The notes beneath the pieces are model-generated. The model searched no databases. It was not told the DNA's origin and worked only from the letters and a program-made list of their open reading frames with translations. 64,000 bases of DNA from Clostridia bacterium (GTDB lineage: Bacteria; Bacillota; Clostridia; Christensenellales; CAG-138): positions 16,055-80,054 of the forward strand of contig JAVVSK010000007.1 in the NCBI GenBank assembly GCA_036654235.1. The letters are read 5' to 3'. Positions 36,153 to 45,490 of the stretch are shown in pieces (the first letter of the stretch is position 1; each line of letters begins with the position of its first letter). The translations under genes and the position numbers were made by a program.

Positions 36153-37187
36153 TTATCGCCTTTCTAAAATCACCGCGTGCGCGATCGAAGGAATCGTTTC
36201 GCCCTGCAATGAACTTGCGGGACTTAAGAGCGCGCCCGTAGCCATAAAAAGCGCTCTCTTAATATCGCCGACTTCAATTCTTTTAAGTAAATATCCGTTT
36301 AATACGCTTGCACTGCATCCGCATCCGCTTCCACCACAATCAATCTTTTGCTTTTCAAAAAATATGCTTTTTCCGCAGTCCATATGTTTATCGTTCATGT
36401 CGAATCCGTTTTCCCTACATAGCTCTAAGAATAATTCGCTTCCGAGATACCCGAGATCTCCTGTTATAATAAGGTCATAATCGTCGGGAGAACGAGAAAA
36501 ATCCTCAAAGTGTGCTTTTAAAGTGTTCGCCGCAGCGGGAGCCATAGCAGCCCCCATATTTGACGCGTCGTTTATACCGAAGTCAATTACGCGCCCTATC
36601 GTACCTCCTGAAAGAACGATGTTTTTATAGCAAGGCTGAGGTTCTTTAAAGGCTGTTGCAGCGAGTATTGAGCAGCCCGCACCCGTTACCGTTCTTTGCG
36701 CTGATGGCGGATTAGAACACCCCAATTCAAGCGGGAAGCGGTATTGCCTTTCGGCGGTTGAAAAATGACTGCTGGCAACACAAGCGCAAGTTGTTAAAAA
36801 ACCGCCGTCTATCAGCATACCGCCTATGAGTAGAGACTCAGCCATAGTAGAACATGCTCCATATAGCCCCAAAAAAGGAATCTCAAGTTCGCGCGCGGCG
36901 AAGCTAGCCGATATTATCTGATTTAGAAGATCTCCGCCCAAAAGACAATTTATAGTGTTGGATAAAATTCCGCATTTATTTACAGCTGTATTTACGGATT
37001 CCTGAAACATACGTCTTTCCGCTTTTTCCCAACTTTCTTCGCCCCATGTATCGTCCTTTAAAACTATATCAAAATGCGCACCGAGGGGACCTTTACCTTC
37101 CATATCCCCGACTATCGCGGCGGAGGCTATTAGGCGGGGCTTTTCATAAAATATAACGCTTTGTTTCCCGCGTTTTTTTAAATTCAT
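36153..37187 (-). CDS. spoVAD: Stage V sporulation protein AD
   Basis: 344 aa, thiolase-like fold, GLYGACSTMAES motif. Located between spoVAC and spoVAE. Confidence 0.9.
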   Translation of the reverse strand: MNLKKRGKQSVIFYEKPRLIASAAIVGDMEGKGPLGAHFDIVLKDDTWGEESWEKAERRMFQESVNTAVNKCGILSNTINCLLGGDLLNQIISASFAARELEIPFLGLYGACSTMAESLLIGGMLIDGGFLTTCACVASSHFSTAERQYRFPLELGCSNPPSAQRTVTGAGCSILAATAFKEPQPCYKNIVLSGGTIGRVIDFGINDASNMGAAMAPAAANTLKAHFEDFSRSPDDYDLIITGDLGYLGSELFLELCRENGFDMNDKHMDCGKSIFFEKQKIDCGGSGCGCSASVLNGYLLKRIEVGDIKRALFMATGALLSPASSLQGETIPSIAHAVILERR

Positions 37188-37198
37188 ATTTCTTCTCC

Positions 37199-37654
37199 TT
37201 ATGAAAATATAAGAGTCAAAAGCCCTATTATTACGGAGCTGGTTATTCCGTAAACCAAGACAGGACCGGCGAGGGAAAATAGCTTTGCGCCGACACCCAT
37301 GACTAGACCTTCACGTTTAAATTCCATAGCGGGGGAAACGATAGAGTTGGCGAAACCGGTTATAGGGACGACTGAGCCAGCCCCGGCGAACTTTCCGAGC
37401 TTATCGTAAATTCCCAGCCCTGTAAATAGGGACGCGAGAAAAACCATTACCATAGCGGTAAACGAGGAAAGCGAAGAATCGTCAAGTTCAAATAAAATTT
37501 TCCCGAGATCGGAGACTACTTGACCTAAGCAGCAAATCAATCCACCAACTAAAAACGCCTTTAGACATTGAATGAAAATTCGGCTTTTAGGCATCTTTGC
37601 TTTTACCATAGTCTGATATTGAATATGTTCGGGATTACGGTCTTTCTTTTTCAC
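37199..37654 (-). CDS. spoVAC: Stage V sporulation protein AC
   Basis: 151 aa, 4 TM, with AGAGSVVPITGFANSIVSPAMEFKREG. The GTG start forms a GTGA overlap with the upstream small ORF. Confidence 0.9.
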   Translation of the reverse strand: MKKKDRNPEHIQYQTMVKAKMPKSRIFIQCLKAFLVGGLICCLGQVVSDLGKILFELDDSSLSSFTAMVMVFLASLFTGLGIYDKLGKFAGAGSVVPITGFANSIVSPAMEFKREGLVMGVGAKLFSLAGPVLVYGITSSVIIGLLTLIFS

Positions 37655-37950
37655 CGCTGTTCCTCCCTTATTTTGGTTGGCACCGCATAATCGGTTTTAT
37701 GATGAATCTCACGTTCTCCGGGTGCGTTTGCACCGGGCTTCCCTGTTATGTCTACTCTAGGTATCTTAACATTCGTTTTTTCCATAATTACCTCCAAATT
37801 TACAAAGCTTGCGCCTAAAAACCGTTTATCCCTTTGATTTATTGCCGCCATAAAAGTGTAAATCAAAAGTATAACGGAAAATATGAAAAAAAAACGTTTT
37901 AGGCGTTCGCCTTTTATATGCCTAGTTTGTGCAAAAAAATTGTTTTTCAT
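37651..37950 (-). CDS. Small hypothetical protein bridging lonB and spoVAC (99 aa, or 44 aa from an internal start at 37785)
   Basis: The long form starts with an ATGA overlap on the lonB stop and has one TM (FFFIFSVILLIYTFMAAI). The short form has a strong GGAGG RBS (aatttGGAGGtaattATG). Its stop overlaps the spoVAC GTG. Confidence 0.45.
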   Translation of the reverse strand: MKNNFFAQTRHIKGERLKRFFFIFSVILLIYTFMAAINQRDKRFLGASFVNLEVIMEKTNVKIPRVDITGKPGANAPGEREIHHKTDYAVPTKIREEQR

Positions 37951-39620
37951 GTTTCACTCGCCGGGAGCGCTGCGATAACGTTCTCTTTTTCCGCGCTTAA
38001 AACGACAGGTTGTTTATTTGTAAGTCCAAAGTTAATCAGTTCTTCGACCGTAGAAATCTTTATGAGCTTTATACCGGAGTCAATACGTTCGGAATTTTCA
38101 AGCGGGTATATTACAAATTTTGCGCCGCTTTCCGCCGCAGCCTTGACTTTTTCGGATAAACCGCCTATTGCGTGAACCGTTCCAAGAAGAGACACTTCGC
38201 CGGTCAGTGCAGTTTTGGCGCGTGGAGGTCTTTTTGTTATTGCGCTCATAAGCGCGAGGCAGAAGGCGGCACCGGCGCTGGGTCCGTCGACGGGTATTCC
38301 ACCGACAATGTTAAATAAAATATCAAGTGATGCACAGTCGATAGAGAAGCACCTTTCAATAGCGGCGACGACGTTGGAGACGGAAGCCATAACCGTACTT
38401 TGACGTTTTAACTTTCTATTTCCCGCGTCGATCTCCTCTTCGAAAATCGCGCCGGATATATTTAGGGTTCCGGACGCGCCACGCTTTTTAGAGACAGTGC
38501 ATTCGATTTCAAAAACGGAGCCTTCGGAGGCGGAAACGCCAAGTCCGAAAGATACGCCTACCTTCTCGGTTTCTGTCATTGCATATTTATATTTTTTTAC
38601 AAATCTGCATGTTCTTGCGACCCAATCAATATCGCGCTCTTCAATTATCATGCGCTTTTCGAGGGCGGCAACTTCGCTAGAAAGTTCGATTATATTTACG
38701 GCATCGCGACCCGAACGGGAATACATAGCCGTATCGGCGAGAGCTTTTCTCGTTATGCCGCCGCCGAGACCGGAGACTGCGTTTTTAGCGATTTTTTCGA
38801 GACTTTCATTATTGAGCGGAGAAAAAAACAGCTCGACGCAGCGCGACCTTAGCGCTGCCGGTATTTCCTCGGGAGAACGGGTAGTTGCTCCGATAAGTCG
38901 AAAATCGGCGGGCATTCCGTTTTGAAAAATATCATGTATATAACTGGGTATACTGCTGTTATCCTTACTGTAATAGGAACTTTCAAAAAACACTCGTCTG
39001 TCCTCAAGAACCTTTAAAAGCTTATTCATCTGCATAGGATGAAGCTCCCCTATTTCGTCTAAAAATAAAACTCCGCAGTGCGCCCGGCTTACCGCGCCCG
39101 GTTTCGGCTGAGGTATTCCCATTTGTCCAAGCGCCCCTGCGCCCTGATATATTGGATCATGAACCGAACCCAATAGCGGATCAGCAATCGATCTTTCGTC
39201 GAACCGAACGCAAGTCGCATCGATTTCTATGAATGCGCTATTTTCATTAAAAGGAGATCCTGGAGACTTTTTAGCTTCTTCGAGAACTAGACGTGCAGCG
39301 CATGTTTTTCCTACACCGGGAGGACCGTATATCAAAATATGTTGTGGATTTTTTCCGCAAAGCGTCGCGCGGAGTGCCATTATTCCGTCGTCTTGTCCAA
39401 TAATATCTCTCATATTTTTTGGACGAACGTGTTCGCTGAGAGGTTCACTAAGAGAGGTCTCCCGCATTTTAGCAAGATCCTTTATTTCTCTTCTGTCGTC
39501 TCTGCCGTTTATTATTGGCTTTGACGAACAATCACATTTTTTATTTTTTTTGATTGCGACGCAGGCTATTATTCCCGCTATTAGTACAACTTCTATTATT
39601 AGCCATTCCCAAAAATTCAT
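37947..39620 (-). CDS. lonB: Sporulation ATP-dependent protease LonB
   Basis: N-terminal TM anchor, AAA+ Walker A GPPGVGKT, Walker B LFLDEIGEL, and a C-terminal Lon protease domain with the catalytic DGPSAG. Confidence 0.88.
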   Translation of the reverse strand: MNFWEWLIIEVVLIAGIIACVAIKKNKKCDCSSKPIINGRDDRREIKDLAKMRETSLSEPLSEHVRPKNMRDIIGQDDGIMALRATLCGKNPQHILIYGPPGVGKTCAARLVLEEAKKSPGSPFNENSAFIEIDATCVRFDERSIADPLLGSVHDPIYQGAGALGQMGIPQPKPGAVSRAHCGVLFLDEIGELHPMQMNKLLKVLEDRRVFFESSYYSKDNSSIPSYIHDIFQNGMPADFRLIGATTRSPEEIPAALRSRCVELFFSPLNNESLEKIAKNAVSGLGGGITRKALADTAMYSRSGRDAVNIIELSSEVAALEKRMIIEERDIDWVARTCRFVKKYKYAMTETEKVGVSFGLGVSASEGSVFEIECTVSKKRGASGTLNISGAIFEEEIDAGNRKLKRQSTVMASVSNVVAAIERCFSIDCASLDILFNIVGGIPVDGPSAGAAFCLALMSAITKRPPRAKTALTGEVSLLGTVHAIGGLSEKVKAAAESGAKFVIYPLENSERIDSGIKLIKISTVEELINFGLTNKQPVVLSAEKENVIAALPASET

Positions 39621-39682
39621 TTAAACCTCCGCTAATGATTAAAACCCTAGAACCGTTAAATGCTAAATCATTACAATGTCTT

Positions 39683-39711
39683 TAGTATGGTCATATTTCA
39701 TTGCTTTAAGC
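39683..39711 (-). promoter_or_regulatory. Possible forespore (sigF/sigG-type) promoter upstream of lonB
   Basis: Minus strand reads GCTTA (39711-07), 17-nt spacer, CATACTA (39689-83). The -10 matches the sigF/G consensus CATACTA as I remember it, but the -35 match is only approximate. Confidence 0.25.
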
Positions 39712-39817
39712 GGTTAATTATTGGTAAGTGCGGCTAATATTTCTTATATCTGATTTAATTTATGGAATAAAGAATCTTTGCTTTTTTTGTGCAGATTTAT
39801 ATGAATGAAATTCGTTT

Positions 39818-40258
39818 TTATATTTCTCTATATAACAAGACCGATGAAAAAATTTCCTGAAAATGATTTTTTAAATAAAAATCATGAGACGGAAAATCTT
39901 TCACTGTTCCTAAAAGCAGCGAACCTGCGCCCATTGCTTTAGCTTTTTCTGAAATTAAATTTATAAAAACACTACCTAAACCATTTCTCTGTTTTATTGG
40001 TGATATACAAAAATTTTCAATTCTCATATAATCTTTATCTGTGCATGGTATCAAAATGCAAAGTGCAATTCCGACAATTTCGTCAGAATCTAAAAGCACA
40101 TAACAGGATTTAGGCTGGAACGATATGAATTTCGAAATATATTTTTGCATTTCAAACAAATCGTGGCATTCGTTCCAAGGCTCCTCGCGGTAAGCTTCAA
40201 CGCATATTTGAGCATATTTTAAAATATACTCGTTTGTCATTTCTTCAATCTTTATCAT
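39818..40258 (-). CDS. GNAT-family N-acetyltransferase
   Basis: 146 aa with the acetyl-CoA-binding motif QRNGLGSVFINLISEKAKAMG (Q/RxxGxG/A). Confidence 0.8.
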   Translation of the reverse strand: MIKIEEMTNEYILKYAQICVEAYREEPWNECHDLFEMQKYISKFISFQPKSCYVLLDSDEIVGIALCILIPCTDKDYMRIENFCISPIKQRNGLGSVFINLISEKAKAMGAGSLLLGTVKDFPSHDFYLKNHFQEIFSSVLLYREI

Positions 40259-40350
40259 TTGTCGCTCTCCTTTAAAATATAAATAAGCTTATCATAAATT
40301 CAGAGGTAACTCAAAGCAAATAAGCGCGCGATAAGGTATATCTTAATAAA

Positions 40351-40390
40351 ATAAAAAAAGCGGTAATCACAATATTACTGTGATTACCGC
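40351..40390 (-). terminator. Rho-independent terminator immediately after the nuoF-like gene
   Basis: A 12-bp perfect stem GCGGTAATCACA / TGTGATTACCGC is followed on the minus strand by a T7 run, 22 nt after the stop at 40412. Confidence 0.8.
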
Positions 40391-40411
40391 CGGAACTATT
40401 AAAACGAAGGA

Positions 40412-42208
40412 TTATCTTTTGGAGATAGCACCGAACTTACATTTATCCATGCAAGCGCCGCACTTTATGCATTTAGAGTTATCAATGACGAACGGATTCC
40501 TGACGACACCGGAGATAGCATTAGACGGACAATTCCTCGCGCAAAGGGAACATCCTTTGCACTTTTCCGGATCAATAACGTATGAAAGCAAAGACTTACA
40601 TACGCCGGCGGGACAACGTTTTTCATTGATATGCGCCTCATACTCGTCTCTAAAATATCTGATAGTTGAGAGAACGGGGTTAGGAGCGGTTTGACCAAGA
40701 CCACAAAGAGCCGATGCTTTTATGTTTTTAGCGAGAGCTTCAAGCTTTTCGATATCGCCCGGTTCGCCTTTGCCGTCGGTTATCTTAGTCAGCATTTCGA
40801 GCATACGCCGAGTTCCAATTCTGCACGGGGGGCATTTTCCGCAACTTTCGTCGACCGTAAATTCGAGGAAAAACTTAGCAATGTTTACCATGCAATTGTC
40901 CTCGTCCATAACTATCATTCCACCGGAACCCATCATTGAACCTATAGAAATAAGATTATCATAATCTATTGGTATATCAAGGTGCGAAGCGGGGATACAT
41001 CCACCGGAAGGACCGCCGGTTTGAGCCGCTTTAAACTTTTTACCGCCCGGAATTCCGCCGCCAATGTCATATACGATTTCACGGAGCGTCGTACCCATAG
41101 GTACTTCAACGAGTCCGGTGTTGTTTATTTTTCCACCGAGAGCGAAAACTTTCGTACCCTTGCTCTTCTCGGTACCCATTGAAGAAAACCAATCCGCGCC
41201 GTTCAATATGATCTGACAAACATTGGCGTATGTTTCAACGTTGTTAAGGAGAGTCGGCTTTCCGAAAAGTCCTTTTACAGCGGGGAACGGAGGACGCGGA
41301 CGGGGTTCGCCGCGACTACCCTCGATAGATGCAAGGAGAGCGGTTTCTTCACCGCAAACAAATGCGCCCGAACCGAGGCGAAGATCAACGTCAAAGTTGA
41401 ATCCGGCTCCGAATATATCTTTACCGAGAAGACCCATAGCGCGCGCCTGTGCAATAGCTATGCGCAGACGTTTAACGGCGATAGGATATTCAGCGCGGAT
41501 ATAAATATAACCCTGAGATGCACCAATCGCGTATCCCGCAATTGCCATTGCTTCGAGAACGGCATGTGGATCGCCTTCGAGAACGGATCTATCCATGAAT
41601 GCGCCGGGGTCGCCCTCGTCTGCGTTACAACAGACATATTTTATATCGCTTTCGGGACGCTTAGCAAGATCCCACTTTAGCCCTGTTGGGAATCCTCCGC
41701 CGCCTCTGCCACGAAGACCGGATTTCTTGATGGTGTCGACGACTTCGTCACGCGAAAGCTCGGTTAAACATTTTGCGAGAGCTCTATAACCGTCAAAGGC
41801 GATATATTCTTCGATGTTTTCCGGGTCGATTACGCCGCAATTGCGAAGAGCAATACGCTTTTGCTTTTTATAAAAATCAACTTCGTTTAGCGAACGAATG
41901 GTATTTTCCTCTGTTATGCTGTGAGAATACAGAAGTTCAGGAATTATTCTACCCTTTAACAAATGCTCGCTGACAATGCGTGGAACATCTGTAGCCTTTA
42001 TATGACTGTAGAACGCGCCTTCCGGATAAATTATGACCACGGGGCCATTTTCACAAAGGCCGAAACATCCGGTTGGAACGACCTTAACTTCTTTCTCAAG
42101 CCCGGCATTTTTGATCTCTTCCTCAAAAACTTCAACAAGCTTGTGAGCGCCGGACGATGAACATCCGGTGCCGGTGCAAATGAGAACTTGAGAGCGATAG
42201 AAATTCAT
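40412..42208 (-). CDS. NuoF-like flavoprotein subunit of NAD(P)H-linked (bifurcating-type) hydrogenase/dehydrogenase (HydB-like)
   Basis: N-terminal thioredoxin-like 2Fe-2S domain, NuoF core (GRGGGGFPTGLKW, ESCGKCPPCRIG) and C-terminal 2x[4Fe-4S] (CKGCSLCARNCP, CIKCGACMDKC). 598 aa. Confidence 0.88.
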   Translation of the reverse strand: MNFYRSQVLICTGTGCSSSGAHKLVEVFEEEIKNAGLEKEVKVVPTGCFGLCENGPVVIIYPEGAFYSHIKATDVPRIVSEHLLKGRIIPELLYSHSITEENTIRSLNEVDFYKKQKRIALRNCGVIDPENIEEYIAFDGYRALAKCLTELSRDEVVDTIKKSGLRGRGGGGFPTGLKWDLAKRPESDIKYVCCNADEGDPGAFMDRSVLEGDPHAVLEAMAIAGYAIGASQGYIYIRAEYPIAVKRLRIAIAQARAMGLLGKDIFGAGFNFDVDLRLGSGAFVCGEETALLASIEGSRGEPRPRPPFPAVKGLFGKPTLLNNVETYANVCQIILNGADWFSSMGTEKSKGTKVFALGGKINNTGLVEVPMGTTLREIVYDIGGGIPGGKKFKAAQTGGPSGGCIPASHLDIPIDYDNLISIGSMMGSGGMIVMDEDNCMVNIAKFFLEFTVDESCGKCPPCRIGTRRMLEMLTKITDGKGEPGDIEKLEALAKNIKASALCGLGQTAPNPVLSTIRYFRDEYEAHINEKRCPAGVCKSLLSYVIDPEKCKGCSLCARNCPSNAISGVVRNPFVIDNSKCIKCGACMDKCKFGAISKR

Positions 42209-42225
42209 CTCATTACCTCCAACGG

Positions 42226-42603
42226 TTATTTATTATTCGATTCGTAATACCCGATAGTGTACTCTGTTACTACGTTGTTGTTTACAATGTGTTCCGTTAT
42301 TATTCTCCCTACCATATCGGGAGTAACTTTAACATAGGTTACCTTTTCTTCGCCGGGCTTGTAAACCTCAACGATGGGCTCTAAACGGCAAACGCCGATG
42401 CAGCCCGTTTGCGCGACTACAACGTTTTGTAAGCCGCGGCTTGTTACTTCGTCCATAAATGCAACAAGAACGGGACGCGCGCCCGCCGCTATGCCGCAGG
42501 TCGCCATGCCGACGACAATTCGCGTACCGTCGTTTTCTTTACGAAAACCAATGGTATCGAGAGTCTTTTTGCGGATAGCTTCAAGCTCTGCCAATGTTTT
42601 CAT
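42226..42603 (-). CDS. Thioredoxin-like [2Fe-2S] ferredoxin
   Basis: 125 aa with MATCGIAAGA and GCIGVCRLEP Cys pairs. This is its usual position in HydABC-type operons. Confidence 0.8.
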   Translation of the reverse strand: MKTLAELEAIRKKTLDTIGFRKENDGTRIVVGMATCGIAAGARPVLVAFMDEVTSRGLQNVVVAQTGCIGVCRLEPIVEVYKPGEEKVTYVKVTPDMVGRIITEHIVNNNVVTEYTIGYYESNNK

Positions 42604-43160
42604 ATTATCATACCTCCGTTAATTTCAGTAATTCCTTCATTCAAACTATCCCCGATAAACGCCATAACATCGGGAACACTAAAAGGGATATCGCCCAAGA
42701 CGCGCCGAACTTCCTTAGTGTCAAATTTAAATTCCGCTTCATCAAGTTTATAGACAAATAAAAAGTCAACATCCTGATTGCAGACAATAAGAATTTTCAT
42801 AGTATCGGCAATATCGCCGAGCGGTGGACGGTCAATGTGCGAAAGCGTATAAGTAGCGGCAATAAATGTACCTTTTCCGAGAGCCGATTCGAGAGAAAAA
42901 CTCCCGTCGGTCATTTCTGCCCCCGCTTTAAAAAACGGAATCCCGAGACCGACTTTCCTCGTAGTTCGACTAGTCGAAAAAGGGCTTATTACGTGCGCCG
43001 CCGTATCTTCGTCCATACCCTTCCCGTCATCTCGGACAGAAACCGTCAAATTGTCGGCATCCGTTTCAATTTCAATGCAAATTTCGACATTTTTAGCATT
43101 TGCGGATATCGAATTCTCTACTATATCAAGAATATGCAGTGAAATATCTTTCATCATCAT
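42600..43160 (-). CDS. GHKL (histidine-kinase-like) ATPase-domain protein
   Basis: N-box HILDIVENSISA and G1 box VRDDGKGMD. 186 aa with no sensor or DHp domain. ATGA-type overlap with the downstream gene. Confidence 0.78.
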   Translation of the reverse strand: MMMKDISLHILDIVENSISANAKNVEICIEIETDADNLTVSVRDDGKGMDEDTAAHVISPFSTSRTTRKVGLGIPFFKAGAEMTDGSFSLESALGKGTFIAATYTLSHIDRPPLGDIADTMKILIVCNQDVDFLFVYKLDEAEFKFDTKEVRRVLGDIPFSVPDVMAFIGDSLNEGITEINGGMII

Positions 43161-43167
43161 AAAGGAA

Positions 43168-43656
43168 TTAACCTCTTTGACGATGGTTCTCTATAATGTC
43201 TTTGACGTTTTCCGGCGTAAGCCTACCATATACTTCGTCGCCAACCATCATGGCGGGAGCAAGACCGCAGCATCCTATGCAGCGCGTTGCAACAAGCGAA
43301 AACATCCCATCTTCGGTCGTTTCGCCGTTTTGTATTCCCAGCTCTTTAACCAACTCGTCATAAACAAGCTGTGCGCCACGAACGTAGCAAGCAGTACCTA
43401 AGCACATTCCAACGGCATATTTTCCGCGAGGTTGCAATGTAAATAATGAATAAAAGGTTGCTATTCCGTAAATGGTGGAAACCGGGGTTTCTGTCTTCTC
43501 AGAAATATACTGCTGAACTTCCTCATCGAGGCAGCCGATAATCTCTTGCGCTCTTTGCATTATGGGGAGCAAACCGCCCTGCTCATTTTTCCATTGCGCA
43601 ATGACGGAATCAAGCTCTTTATAAAGCTCTTTTCTGGCTTCGGTGACGTTCACCAT
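43168..43656 (-). CDS. NuoE-like [2Fe-2S] subunit (HydC-like)
   Basis: 162 aa with CLGTACYVRG and CIGCCGLAPAM, the 2Fe-2S ligand motifs of the NuoE family. Confidence 0.88.
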   Translation of the reverse strand: MVNVTEARKELYKELDSVIAQWKNEQGGLLPIMQRAQEIIGCLDEEVQQYISEKTETPVSTIYGIATFYSLFTLQPRGKYAVGMCLGTACYVRGAQLVYDELVKELGIQNGETTEDGMFSLVATRCIGCCGLAPAMMVGDEVYGRLTPENVKDIIENHRQRG

Positions 43657-43981
43657 AATTGCCCTACCTCCTAAAAATCAGGTCACTTTGCGCGATTTAT
43701 GCAAAATGACGTTATTTTGTGTTTAAATACACACATGCTTGATTGTAGCACAAGAAGAGATAAAAATAAAGCCATTTTACAGCTCAAAGTGAATATATTT
43801 GTAGTATATGAAAGGAAAATTTATGCATTTTTTATTTTTGTCAATCTAAAAAATAAAAAGCCAACTCCGTTTTATGTTTAATGCACCTATTTATACCGGA
43901 TGCATTTTTTGAATTCTAAGAAAATGTTTAGAAAAAATACGTTTTTTCTCAAAAAAACACTTTTAAATTAATAAAAAGTGG

Positions 43982-44010
43982 TTGCTAAGAACAGTGAAAT
44001 GGGTTATAAT
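43982..44010 (+). promoter_or_regulatory. Candidate sigma-A promoter of the dcw cluster (Pmra)
   Basis: TTGCTA (43982-87), 17-nt spacer, TATAAT (44005-10), about 55 nt upstream of the mraZ start. Confidence 0.5.
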
Positions 44011-44063
44011 GGTGCAAGGATGCTTGAAGTAGATATATTTGATTCGAAAGGAGGAATGCCAAC

Positions 44064-44510
44064 GTGCTTATGGGGTCTTTTTCACACACGGTAGACGGTA
44101 AGGGTCGCGTATTTATACCCTCAAAATGGCGCGACGAACTGGGCGCAACGGTTGTTATAACCGGGGATTTCCTTCTTGAGGAAAATTTCGGGTGCTTGAT
44201 AGGTATGTCGGTAATAGAGTGGCAAAAACAGGTTGAAAAGATGGCAAACGTGCCGAGAACCGATAGAGCCGCATATGCCGAGATTAGAAAAACTATAGCG
44301 AGCGCCTCTGAATGCGAAGTGGATAAGCAGGGGCGAATTCTCTTACCGACTACGCTTCGCGCGTTTTTTAAGATTTCTGATATGGCTACTTTAAACGGAG
44401 TTATAGATAGGTTTGAAATTTGGCCGCCGAATTGCTGGGAAGAATATAAACAGGCACCTATTTCCGACGTTAATGAAACTATGGAAGCTTTGGGTAGGTA
44501 CGGACTTTGA
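44064..44510 (+). CDS. mraZ: Transcriptional regulator MraZ
   Basis: Two SpoVT/AbrB-like repeats containing DGKGRVFIP and DKQGRILLP. GTG start 8 nt after AAAGGAGGA. Confidence 0.93.
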   Translation: MLMGSFSHTVDGKGRVFIPSKWRDELGATVVITGDFLLEENFGCLIGMSVIEWQKQVEKMANVPRTDRAAYAEIRKTIASASECEVDKQGRILLPTTLRAFFKISDMATLNGVIDRFEIWPPNCWEEYKQAPISDVNETMEALGRYGL

Positions 44511-45439
44511 GTATATTTCATGCGCCAATAATGGTTTCTGAAATAATGGAACTTATGAATCCCGGGCGCTGCGGAATATATATCGACGGAACGCTTGGAG
44601 GGGGCGGTCATTCGAAAGTTATTCTGTCGCTCATGGGTGATGGTTCGCGCCTTTTTGGTATAGACAGAGATGAGGACGCTATTGCGGAAGCTAAAAGCAC
44701 AATAAATGACGATAGGTTTACTGCCGTTCGCGGAAACTTTTTTGATATAAATAAGATAATGAATACGCTGAATATAAGCGGTGTTGACGGTATTCTTCTT
44801 GACCTCGGAGTATCTTCGCATCAGCTTGACGATGCGTCGCGCGGGTTTTCATATAATAGCGATGCGGGTCTTGATATGCGAATGGATAAATCTCAGCCGT
44901 TTTCTGCTTACGATGTCGTTAATACTTATAGTCAGGACGATCTGCGAAGAATAATATTTGAATATGGTGAAGAAAGGTTCGCCTCAAGGGTGGCGAACGC
45001 GATAGTGCGTCAAAGAAATATTGAGCCTATTGAGAACACATTGAGATTGGCTGAGATAATTAAGTTAGCTATTCCGACGGCGGCAGCTAGGAGCGAAAGA
45101 CAGCATCCGGCAAGAAGAACGTTTCAGGCGATCCGTATAGAGGTGAATTCCGAGCTTAAAGGTTTGGACAAGGCGGTTAGCGATGCGCATGATGCTTTAA
45201 ATAAAGACGGTGTTTTGTCTATTTTGACCTTTCATTCTCTCGAAGACAGAATTGTTAAAACGGCGTTTAAACGTTTCGAAGATCCATGCGTTTGTAGTAA
45301 AAAAGCTCCGGTATGTACTTGCGGGCTTAAAGCGACGGTGGAGATACTTACAAAACGGCCTTTAACGGCGGGTGCCGATGAAATATCGAATAATCCGAGG
45401 GCAAAGAGCGCTAAGCTTAGGGCGATAAAAAAGCTGTAA
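44507..45439 (+). CDS. rsmH: 16S rRNA (cytosine1402-N4)-methyltransferase RsmH
   Basis: HAPIMVSE, DGTLGGGGHS, DLGVSSHQLD and LSILTFHSLEDRIVK motifs. Confidence 0.95.
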   Translation: MSIFHAPIMVSEIMELMNPGRCGIYIDGTLGGGGHSKVILSLMGDGSRLFGIDRDEDAIAEAKSTINDDRFTAVRGNFFDINKIMNTLNISGVDGILLDLGVSSHQLDDASRGFSYNSDAGLDMRMDKSQPFSAYDVVNTYSQDDLRRIIFEYGEERFASRVANAIVRQRNIEPIENTLRLAEIIKLAIPTAAARSERQHPARRTFQAIRIEVNSELKGLDKAVSDAHDALNKDGVLSILTFHSLEDRIVKTAFKRFEDPCVCSKKAPVCTCGLKATVEILTKRPLTAGADEISNNPRAKSAKLRAIKKL

Positions 45440-45490
45440 CCAAAAGCATCGTTAATTGGCGATACATAGCATACAAAGGAGGAGCATAAC

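Noticed and set aside
43985-44821. A 278-aa minus-strand ORF overlapping mraZ and rsmH.
   Set aside because: It lies antisense to two unmistakable, motif-rich genes (mraZ, rsmH). It has no RBS and a low-complexity Ser/Ile-rich composition typical of shadow ORFs.
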